Positions 56,748 through 64,000 of a stretch of 64,000 bases of DNA are shown one piece after another. The DNA comes from an uncultured Opitutaceae bacterium. Lineage in GTDB: Bacteria > Verrucomicrobiota > Verrucomicrobiia > Opitutales > Opitutaceae. Position 1 is the stretch's first letter, and every line of letters starts with the position of its first letter. The position numbers were made by a program, and so were the translations under genes. The DNA is taken from NCBI GenBank assembly GCA_903919205.1, contig CAIXHE010000001.1, forward strand, positions 15,618 to 79,617, read 5' to 3'. Under the pieces are notes generated by a model, which had not been told where the DNA came from, made no database searches, and worked only from the letters and a program-made list of their open reading frames with translations.

Positions 56748-58238
56748 ATGGCACCCATCCTATCCGATTACGTGACCGAGGCTGAGATCCTCGCCGTGAA
56801 GGGCAGCCTCGAGCGGCCGATTTCCGGGCTCGTCATGGACAGCCGCCGCGTGGTTCCGGGCAACCTGTTCTTCGCCCTGCCGGGTCTGCGCTCGGACGGC
56901 CTGTCCTTTGTCGACGAGGCGGTGAGCCGCGGCGCGTCCTCGATCATCGCCCAGAAGATCCCGGTCCATCCGCCGGCCAGGGTCACCTTCATCCAGGTGG
57001 CTGACGCCCGCGCCACGCTGGCCCGTGTCGCGCAGCGCTTCTACAAGCACCCGGACAGGTCGCTCTCCGTGGTGGGGGTGACCGGAACCAACGGCAAGAC
57101 CACGGTCACGCACCTGATCAAGCACTTCCTCAACGGCGCCGAGAGGGTGGGCCTCCTCGGGACCATCAGCTACGACCTCGGCGCGCGTACGGTCCCCTCC
57201 TTCCGCACGACGCCGGAGTCGCTGGACATCTTCGGCATGCTGGCGCAGATGCGCGACGCGGGATGCCGAAACGCGGTCATGGAGGTGAGCTCCCATGGGA
57301 TCGCGCAGCAGCGCGTGCTCGGGCTCGAGTTCGCGGCGGCCGTATTCACGAACCTCACCCGGGACCACCTCGACTTCCACAAGACCCTGGATTCCTACTT
57401 CGAGGTGAAGACCCGGCTCTTCAACGGCGGCGTGGGCCCCGTCCCGCGGGTCGCGATCGTCAACCTGGACGATCCCTATGGCGAGCGGCTGGCCGAGAAG
57501 GTGGCGGCCGAGGCCCCGACGACGCGCCTCATCACCTTCGGGGAGAATCCCAGGGCCCTCGTGCGCGCGGAGGACGTCCGCCTCAAGTTCAACGCGAGCG
57601 CCTTCCGGCTGGCGTGGCCGGGCGGCTCCACCGGGGTCGAGTCGCCCCTCATCGGCCGCTACAACGTGTCGAACGTGCTCGCGGCCGCCGCCACCGCCTA
57701 TGGGCTTGGCAGGGATCCCTCGCTGTTCATGGATCGGCTCCGGGACTTCAGGGGAGTGCCCGGCCGCATGGAGCGCATCGAGGAGGGCCAGCCCTTCAAC
57801 GTGCTGGTCGACTACGCGCACACCGACGACGCCCTTCGCAACGCCCTCGGGATGCTGAGGTCCATCACCCCGGGCCGGCTGCTGGTCGTGTTCGGGTGCG
57901 GGGGAAACCGCGACCGCACGAAGCGGCCCCGCATGGTCCAGGCGGTGCAGGAGTACGCGGACTTCGCCTACGCGACCGCGGACAACCCGAGGACGGAGCA
58001 GGTGGATAAGATCTTCCAGGACATGAAGGCGGGCGTGACCGACCCCTCCAAGATCGTGTGGGTCGACGACCGGCGCCGTGCGATCAGCCTCGCACTCGAC
58101 ACCGCCAAGGCCGGCGACAGCCTGTTGATAGCGGGCAAGGGCCACGAGGGATACCAGGAGTTCGCCGACACCGTCGTTCCCTTTGACGACCGCCAGGTCG
58201 TCCGCGAGCTGATCGGAATCAAGGCACTTAGAACCTGA
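56748..58238 (+). CDS. murE: UDP-N-acetylmuramoyl-L-alanyl-D-glutamate--2,6-diaminopimelate ligase
   Basis: The ATG at 56748 gives MAPILSDY...VMDSRRVVPGNLFFAL ... GVTGTNGKTT ... DNPRTE (the meso-DAP-type motif). An in-frame GTG at 56643 is a less likely alternative start. Confidence 0.9.
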   Translation: MAPILSDYVTEAEILAVKGSLERPISGLVMDSRRVVPGNLFFALPGLRSDGLSFVDEAVSRGASSIIAQKIPVHPPARVTFIQVADARATLARVAQRFYKHPDRSLSVVGVTGTNGKTTVTHLIKHFLNGAERVGLLGTISYDLGARTVPSFRTTPESLDIFGMLAQMRDAGCRNAVMEVSSHGIAQQRVLGLEFAAAVFTNLTRDHLDFHKTLDSYFEVKTRLFNGGVGPVPRVAIVNLDDPYGERLAEKVAAEAPTTRLITFGENPRALVRAEDVRLKFNASAFRLAWPGGSTGVESPLIGRYNVSNVLAAAATAYGLGRDPSLFMDRLRDFRGVPGRMERIEEGQPFNVLVDYAHTDDALRNALGMLRSITPGRLLVVFGCGGNRDRTKRPRMVQAVQEYADFAYATADNPRTEQVDKIFQDMKAGVTDPSKIVWVDDRRRAISLALDTAKAGDSLLIAGKGHEGYQEFADTVVPFDDRQVVRELIGIKALRT

Positions 58239-59644
58239 TGCCCGCGTTCCTTGCAGAGCAGCTGAGCGAGTCGACGGGGGGCCGATGGACCTCGGAGCCC
58301 GCAGCCGCAATTTCAGGATTCTCGGTCGATTCGCGCCGGATCGGCCCGGGGCAGGCCTTCGTCGCGCTGCGTACCGCGCGTCGGGACGGGCACGACTACC
58401 TCGATTCGGCCCTGTCGTCCGGAGCCGTCGCGGCCCTGGTGTCTCAAGCGGTCCCCGGGGTTCCGATCGCTCAGCTGGTGGTCGCCGACCCCCTCGCGGC
58501 GCTCCAGGCGATCGCCAGGTCCCACCGCAGGTCGTTTCCCGGCACCGTCGTGGGCATCACCGGAAGCGCGGGAAAGACCTCGACCAAGGAGCTGGTCGCC
58601 CTGCTCCTGGGCGGCGAGGCGGGCGCCGTGCTCGCCACCGAGGGAAATCTCAACAACCACATCGGCGTCGCCCTCACCCTCACGCGCATCGACCCCTCCC
58701 GACACCGCTTCGCCGTGGTCGAGGCGGGCATCAGCGCCCCGGGCGAGATGAGGGTGCTCGCCTCGATGATCGAGCCCGACGTCGCGATCACGACCCTCGT
58801 CGGGCCGGCCCACCTCGAGGAGCTGGGAGGGCTTGAGGGTGTGGCTCGCGAGAAGGCCGTGCTCTCCGCCGGAGCACGGAAGGGCGGACTGTGCATCTTC
58901 CCGTCGGCGTGCGAGGCCTACGCGCCCTTCCGCGAGCTCCACGGGCTCGAGTCCCTGGTGCTGGAGAACGACGAGATGCCGGACGCGGGCCTCCACGAGC
59001 CGGGCCGGGCCTATTTCACCGTCTCGCAGGCCCCCGACTCGACGTCGGTGTCGGTCGAGGTGGGTCGGTTTCCTCCCGTCGGCGTGACGCTCAAGCGCGT
59101 CGCCGCGGGGATGGCGAGCAACGTCGCCCTGGCCATCTGCGCGGCCACCCGCCTCGGGGTGCGGCGGGACGAGGTCAAGCGCCGGATGGACCTCTGGAGC
59201 CCCGCCCCCCTCCGGGGCCAGTGGACGGACCTCCACGGCCGCAGGACCTACCTGGACTGCTACAACGCGAACCCGGCATCGATGGCTGACGCGCTCGCGG
59301 TGTTCAAGGCGGTGGCTCCGGCGTCCGAGCCGCGGGCGTTCGTGATCGGCTGCATGGAGGAGCTGGGCGAGGCGGCCGTACGCTACCACCGCGAGCTCGG
59401 GGCCCGACTCCTGCTGCGCCCGGAGGACCGGGCGCTTGTGATCGGCGGCCACGCCGAGGCGGTTGTCGAGGGGGCCCTGGGATCGGGGGCGCAGCCGGGC
59501 CAGATCGAGGTGGTGACCTCGCCGGAGGCCGTTGCCATCCTCCTCTCGGGCTTCAGGGGATCTGTCTTCGTGAAGGGAAGCCGTCGCTACCAGCTTGAGC
59601 GCGCCTTCGTGTCGGCTAAGCAGGCGGAGGCCTCCCATGCTTAG
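58238..59644 (+). CDS. murF: UDP-N-acetylmuramoyl-tripeptide--D-alanyl-D-alanine ligase
   Basis: The ATG overlaps the murE stop by 1 nt. Motifs: DSRRIGPGQAFVAL ... GITGSAGKTSTKE ... YNANPASM. Confidence 0.9.
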   Translation: MPAFLAEQLSESTGGRWTSEPAAAISGFSVDSRRIGPGQAFVALRTARRDGHDYLDSALSSGAVAALVSQAVPGVPIAQLVVADPLAALQAIARSHRRSFPGTVVGITGSAGKTSTKELVALLLGGEAGAVLATEGNLNNHIGVALTLTRIDPSRHRFAVVEAGISAPGEMRVLASMIEPDVAITTLVGPAHLEELGGLEGVAREKAVLSAGARKGGLCIFPSACEAYAPFRELHGLESLVLENDEMPDAGLHEPGRAYFTVSQAPDSTSVSVEVGRFPPVGVTLKRVAAGMASNVALAICAATRLGVRRDEVKRRMDLWSPAPLRGQWTDLHGRRTYLDCYNANPASMADALAVFKAVAPASEPRAFVIGCMEELGEAAVRYHRELGARLLLRPEDRALVIGGHAEAVVEGALGSGAQPGQIEVVTSPEAVAILLSGFRGSVFVKGSRRYQLERAFVSAKQAEASHA

Positions 59645-60749
59645 CCTGCTCTCCAACTACGATGCCTTCTACGGGCCGCTTCGCGTGCTGCGTTACATCA
59701 CCCTGCGCACGCTCTGCGCCGCGGGCACCGCGGCCCTTATCGGGTTCATCATCGGGCCCTGGCTCATCTCGCAGCTGCGCAGGCTCAAGTTCGGCCAGCA
59801 CTACGACGACGACCGCACGGGCGACCTCGCCAGCCGCTTCGACAAGAAGAACACCCCGACGATGGGTGGCCTCCTCATCTTCGCCTCGGTGTTCGTGAGC
59901 TCGGTACTTTGGGCTGCTCCCAACGTGTGGGTGGTCGTGTGCCTCTTCGTCTACGCGGGGCTGACGGCGGTCGGTTTCCGCGACGACTACCTGAAGGTGG
60001 TGCACAAGAACCGGGACGGAATCTCCTCCGGCGCCAAGATCTTCTGGCAGAGCGTCATCACGCTCGTGGCGCTTGCCGCATTGCTCATGAATCCCGCCAG
60101 TTCCGAGAAGATCCGCGAGCTCTGGGTGCCCTTCGTCAAGCACCCCCTGATCCTGAGCATGCCGATCGGAGTCCTGGCGGTATTCGTGTACCTTTGGATC
60201 GTCGGATTCTCGAACGCGATCAACCTGACGGACGGCCTCGACGGCCTCGCGATCGGCTGCACGATCACGGTGGCGCTCACCTACGGGATCATGGCGTACG
60301 CCGCCGGCAACGCCAAGATCGCCGACTACCTGCTTATAAGCTTTGTTCCGGGAACCGGCGAACTCGCGGTGGTGTGTGGCTCCCTGGTCGGCGCAGGCAT
60401 CGCCTTTCTGTGGTATAACTCCCATCCGGCGGAGCTCTTCATGGGTGACACGGGCTCGCTGGCCCTCGGGGGCCTGCTCGGCATCATCGCGTTCATGGTG
60501 CAGCAGCCGCTTACCCTGATCATCGTCGGCGGAGTGTTCGTCTGGGAGGCGGCCTCGGTCATCATCCAAGTCGGGTATTTCAAGGCGACGAGGCGCAGCA
60601 CGGGGCAGGGCAAGCGCTTCTTCCTGATGGCGCCGATCCACCATCATTTCCAAAAGCGAGGCTGGCCCGAGACCAAGGTGGTGCTGCGCTTCTGGGTGCT
60701 CTCCCTCATCTTCGCGCTCGCAGGCCTCGGAACGCTCAAGATCCGCTGA
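59637..60749 (+). CDS. mraY: phospho-N-acetylmuramoyl-pentapeptide-transferase
   Basis: KKNTPTMGGLLI ... NAINLTDGLDGLA ... FMGDTGSLALGG ... APIHHHF. The ATG at 59637 overlaps the murF 3' end. Confidence 0.95.
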   Translation: MLSLLSNYDAFYGPLRVLRYITLRTLCAAGTAALIGFIIGPWLISQLRRLKFGQHYDDDRTGDLASRFDKKNTPTMGGLLIFASVFVSSVLWAAPNVWVVVCLFVYAGLTAVGFRDDYLKVVHKNRDGISSGAKIFWQSVITLVALAALLMNPASSEKIRELWVPFVKHPLILSMPIGVLAVFVYLWIVGFSNAINLTDGLDGLAIGCTITVALTYGIMAYAAGNAKIADYLLISFVPGTGELAVVCGSLVGAGIAFLWYNSHPAELFMGDTGSLALGGLLGIIAFMVQQPLTLIIVGGVFVWEAASVIIQVGYFKATRRSTGQGKRFFLMAPIHHHFQKRGWPETKVVLRFWVLSLIFALAGLGTLKIR

Positions 60750-62029
60750 TGATGAGCCCAGAAATTCCAGAAATCCTGAAGGGTCGCCTGCAACGGCCCG
60801 TCGCCGTCCTGGGGGCCGGGGTGAGCGGCGAGGGGGCTGCCTCGCTGGTGACCCGGCTGGGGTCCCTGGCCATCACCTACGACCGCGACGAAGTTGCCTT
60901 CACGGAAGCTTCCGCCCGTGGCCACGACCTGGTGGTCTACTCCCCCGGCTTCCCGCCGCTGCATCCCTGGCTCGAGATCGGCCGCAAGGCCGGCTGCCTA
61001 TGCCTCTCGGAGATCGATTTCGCGTCCCTTTTCTGGAGGGGTCGACTGATCGCCGTCACGGGTACAAACGGGAAAACAACCCTCACTGAATTCCTCGTGC
61101 ATGCCCTGCGTTCCGTCGGCGGTCGCGCGGTGGCGGCGGGCAACATTGGCACCCCGCTCTCGCAGGTGGTGCTCGACGAGGACGGCGGGTCAGCGGACAC
61201 GGTGGCCGTCTGCGAGGTGAGCTCCTTCCAGGCCGAGCTGCTCGGGCACTTGAGGGCCGAGGCGCTGCTATGGACGAACTTCGCCGAGGATCACCTCGAG
61301 CGGCACGGCAGCCTCGACAACTACTTCGACGCCAAGGCCGAACTCGTCGCGAGAACCGCTCCCGGGGCGGTCTTCGTCGGCACGTCGGTGGCCGGGTACG
61401 CGGACCTGATGGGTCGCGACCTTGCGCAGGCGTGCCGATGTGCCTCCGAGGGACAGGCCCCCGACCCGCATCTCGCTGGCTCCGTCTTCGAGCACTACCC
61501 CCAGCGCGAGAACTTCATCCTCGCCGCCGCCTGGTGGAAGGCGACGGGCCGCGAGGAGCGGGCGCTTTACGCCGCCGCCTCGACGTTCGCGCTCGGCAGG
61601 CATCGTCTCGCGCGGGTCGCGACGGTCGGGCAGGTGACCTACTGGAATGACTCGAAAGCGACCAATTTCCATGCGGTGGAGGCCGCGATCCTGGGCTTCG
61701 CAAGCCCCGTGGTCCTGATCGCCGGGGGCCGAGCCAAGGGCGGCGACATCGGCGGCTTCGTGCGGAGGATCGCGCCCAGGGTCTCGCATGCCGCGCTTAT
61801 GGGAGAGACGGGCCCTGCGCTCGCGGCCACCTGCGCCCTCTGCGGGGTCTCCCATACCCTCTGCGCCAGCCTGGAGGAGGCGGTGCGGGTGGCCGCGGCC
61901 AACGCCAAGCCCGGCGGCAACGTGCTCCTGAGCCCCGGGTTCGCGAGCTTTGACATGTTCCAGAGTTACCAGGACCGCGGCGACCGCTTTGAAAGGGCCG
62001 TCGCAGAACTGAGCACCGCCCCAGTTTGA
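60749..62029 (+). CDS. murD: UDP-N-acetylmuramoylalanine--D-glutamate ligase
   Basis: The ATG overlaps the mraY stop. Motifs: AVTGTNGKTT ... NDSKATN ... LLSPGFASFDMF. Confidence 0.9.
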   Translation: MMSPEIPEILKGRLQRPVAVLGAGVSGEGAASLVTRLGSLAITYDRDEVAFTEASARGHDLVVYSPGFPPLHPWLEIGRKAGCLCLSEIDFASLFWRGRLIAVTGTNGKTTLTEFLVHALRSVGGRAVAAGNIGTPLSQVVLDEDGGSADTVAVCEVSSFQAELLGHLRAEALLWTNFAEDHLERHGSLDNYFDAKAELVARTAPGAVFVGTSVAGYADLMGRDLAQACRCASEGQAPDPHLAGSVFEHYPQRENFILAAAWWKATGREERALYAAASTFALGRHRLARVATVGQVTYWNDSKATNFHAVEAAILGFASPVVLIAGGRAKGGDIGGFVRRIAPRVSHAALMGETGPALAATCALCGVSHTLCASLEEAVRVAAANAKPGGNVLLSPGFASFDMFQSYQDRGDRFERAVAELSTAPV

Positions 62030-62090
62030 GATAGCTTTGGCAGACCCAACCAACAACCTTACCTACGTGCGTTAACCAGCGCTCCCTCCC

Positions 62091-62930
62091 ATGAAAATAC
62101 TGAAGATCCTAGGCATAGCGGCGGGCATCCACGCCATCGCCCTTATCCTCATTTTTGCGAACCCCGGCTGCAGCTACTCGAACGCCGCCAGCGCCGAGAC
62201 CTCTCCGATCGCCTCGGCGCCCGTCGACACCTCGTCACCGGCTTCCTCGGCCATCTCCTCGGCGCCGGACTCTGTCGCGATCCGGTACAGTCCTACGCGT
62301 CCCGGAACCGTGGTCGCCTCGGCCCTGGAGGCTCCTCCGGTCGCCGATGTCACGCCCGCGACCACCTACACCGTCGCGAAGGGCGACAGCCTTTCAACCA
62401 TCGCGAAGAAGCACCAACTCTCGAAGGCGGACCTTGCCGCGGCCAACAGCCTGAAGACCTCGGCGGTCCTCCATGTCGGCCAGAAGCTGATCATACCCGC
62501 CAAGGCGCCCACAGCTGCGGCTGCGTCAGCCGCCCCGTCGGCTGCCCGGGCTGCGGAAGCCGGTCCGTCGGACAAGCCCGCCGGGGATTCGGTCAGGCAC
62601 ACGGTCCGCCCCGGCGAGACCCTGGGCGCCATCGCGAGAAAATACGGCATCCGGCAGGGGGACCTCGCCGTGGCGAACAATATCACGGACCCCCGCAAGA
62701 TCCAGCCGGGCCAGGAACTCGTGATTCCCGCAAGATCCTCCGCATCGAAGCAGGGCAAGGGCGCAAAGTCAGGGACCGCCGAGGCTTCGAAGGCGGTCTC
62801 CCCCGGCGCGCCGCCCGCGGCTGGGCCGGACCAGGACCTGGACGCCGGACTCAAGCCCGCCAACCCGACTGAAGTGCCCGTGATCAAGATCGAGGACTCG
62901 TCCAGCGCCTCCCAGCCGAAGACGCCCTGA
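62091..62930 (+). CDS. LysM-domain protein (two LysM repeats, membrane anchored or lipoprotein-like)
   Basis: N-terminal hydrophobic segment ILGIAAGIHAIALILIFANPGC. LysM 1: YTVAKGDSLSTIAKKHQLSKADLAAANSL..GQKLIIP. LysM 2: HTVRPGETLGAIARKYGIRQGDLAVANNI..GQELVIP. The linkers are Ala/Pro/Ser-rich. Confidence 0.8.
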   Translation: MKILKILGIAAGIHAIALILIFANPGCSYSNAASAETSPIASAPVDTSSPASSAISSAPDSVAIRYSPTRPGTVVASALEAPPVADVTPATTYTVAKGDSLSTIAKKHQLSKADLAAANSLKTSAVLHVGQKLIIPAKAPTAAAASAAPSAARAAEAGPSDKPAGDSVRHTVRPGETLGAIARKYGIRQGDLAVANNITDPRKIQPGQELVIPARSSASKQGKGAKSGTAEASKAVSPGAPPAAGPDQDLDAGLKPANPTEVPVIKIEDSSSASQPKTP

Positions 62931-62941
62931 CGCCCCGCGAA

Positions 62942-64000
62942 ATGGAAAGCGACAGGCCAGCCGAGACCTTCCGCATCCAGTCGATTGCCAGCCCGGTGGC
63001 CGTCATCGTCGTCTGCGCCGTCGGCCTGACGTTCCTCGGGCTGACCATCCTCTTTAGCGCCAGCGTCTCCCTCAAGCAGGACCCGTACTACTACCTCGAC
63101 AAGCAGGTCATCGGTGTCGTCGCCGCGGGCGTCCTGTGCTTCCTGGCGAGCCGCATCAACCTCGACTATGCGCGCCGGGCCTCGGTCTGGATCGGCGCGG
63201 GGTCCCTGTTCCTTCTGGTGCTCGTCCTCATCCCGCACCTGGGGGTGACGGTCAAGGGCAGCCGGCGCTGGCTTGGGTATGGTTCCGCGCGCTTCCAGAT
63301 CTCCGAGTTCGCCAAGCTCGCCATGGTGTTCTGCCTGGCGCACTACCTGGCGCTCAACCAGACGCGGATCGGAGACCTGCGTCGGGGCTACCTGTACCCC
63401 CTCGCCATCATCGGTGCCTTTGCGGGCCTGATCCTCCTGGAGCCCGACTTCGGCACGGCGGCGCTCACGCTCTCGGTGGGCCTCCTGCTGCTCTTCCTGG
63501 CGGGCGCCAAGTGGAGGTACATCCTGCCCACCATCGCGCTCTCCGGAGGGGCGTTCGCCGTCCTCGTGGCACACAATCCCAACCGCCTTAGGCGCATCAC
63601 GGCGTTCATGGACGTCGAGGGCAACAAGCAGGGCGGCACCTACCAGCTCTACCAATCCCTCGAGGCATTCGCCGCCGGCGGCACCAGCGGAGCGGGCCTC
63701 GGCCAGGGCCGCCAGCAGATCAACTTCCTGCCCGAGGCCCACACCGACTTCATATTCGCGGTCGTCGGAGAGGAGCTTGGAATGTGGTTCACCCTGGGCG
63801 TCGTCGCCGTCTTCGCCGTCATGTTCCTGGCGGGACTGGCCCACCTTCGCAAGGCCCCGAACCTCTTCCATTTCCTGCTGGCGGCAGGCTGCCTCCTGCT
63901 GATGTGCCTTCAGTCGATCATCAACCTGGGAGTGGTCACCGGCGTGCTACCGACGAAGGGCATGTCGCTGCCTTTCATCAGCGCCGGGCTGTCAAACCTC
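62942..64000 (+). CDS. ftsW: SEDS peptidoglycan glycosyltransferase FtsW (partial; continues past the window end)
   Basis: Hand translation from the ATG at 62942 gives MESDRPAETFRIQS...LTILFSASV ... RWLGYGSARFQISEFAKLAMV ... LEPDFGTA ... LPEAHTDFIFAVVGEELG ... LPTKGMSLPFISAG. The frame stays open to nt 64000, so it is absent from the ORF track. Confidence 0.85.
   Translation, partial: MESDRPAETFRIQSIASPVAVIVVCAVGLTFLGLTILFSASVSLKQDPYYYLDKQVIGVVAAGVLCFLASRINLDYARRASVWIGAGSLFLLVLVLIPHLGVTVKGSRRWLGYGSARFQISEFAKLAMVFCLAHYLALNQTRIGDLRRGYLYPLAIIGAFAGLILLEPDFGTAALTLSVGLLLLFLAGAKWRYILPTIALSGGAFAVLVAHNPNRLRRITAFMDVEGNKQGGTYQLYQSLEAFAAGGTSGAGLGQGRQQINFLPEAHTDFIFAVVGEELGMWFTLGVVAVFAVMFLAGLAHLRKAPNLFHFLLAAGCLLLMCLQSIINLGVVTGVLPTKGMSLPFISAGLSNL

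Noticed and set aside
54703-58310. Two long minus-strand ORFs (54703..56661 and 56760..58310)
   Set aside because: They are antisense to ftsI and murE, whose catalytic motifs (SxxK/SSN/KTGT and GTNGKTT/DNPR) are unambiguous.
62366-63871. 501-aa minus-strand ORF
   Set aside because: It is antisense to the LysM gene and ftsW. The plus-strand frame from 62942 translates to a clear SEDS protein.

Overview
GC-rich bacterial chromosome segment (about two-thirds G+C by eye, not computed). It is densely coded, mostly housekeeping genes, and has many 1-4 nt start/stop overlaps. Gene content (prepilin-like proteins, propeller/Y_Y_Y hybrid kinases, an lpxC-fabZ fusion, GH116/GH172 genes) suggests a Verrucomicrobia/PVC-like organism, but this is inference only. 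In order, the window holds: the tail of a GH51-like gene, tRNA-His, an EEP-family gene, trpA/GGDEF regulator/miaA, a TolC/pseudopilin/membrane-protein operon, ppiD-like/yihY/GYF-protein/argS, a thymidine-phosphorylase homolog, an rlmI-like gene, efp, lpxC-fabZ, hisI, ydeP-like, yebC, a response regulator with a DUF2298 membrane protein, ROK kinase, transglutaminase, a glycosyltransferase, and a roughly 12 kb same-strand block (secreted protein, GH172, GH116, aldolase, oxidoreductase, cupin isomerase, PfkB kinase, nadA/nadC/nadB). After that come a two-component cluster with a 1300-aa hybrid kinase, a small Cys-peptide ORF with a minimal YcaO-like gene, FMN reductase, M14 peptidase, another hybrid kinase, a hemerythrin, and the dcw cluster (mraZ to ftsW, running off the window end). 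I saw no CRISPR arrays, rRNA genes, transposases or integrases. The best candidates for something undescribed are the small-ORF/stand-alone YcaO locus (46.6-49.3 kb) and the GH172-GH116 sugar operon with a non-standard downstream enzyme set. Smaller oddities are an EF-P with Asn at the normally modified Lys/Arg position, a thymidine phosphorylase homolog lacking the glycine-rich loop, an orphan terminator/leader upstream of the MraZ operator, and a pseudopilin gene with no usable nearby start codon. All family assignments come from reading motifs in the translations. No database search was run.
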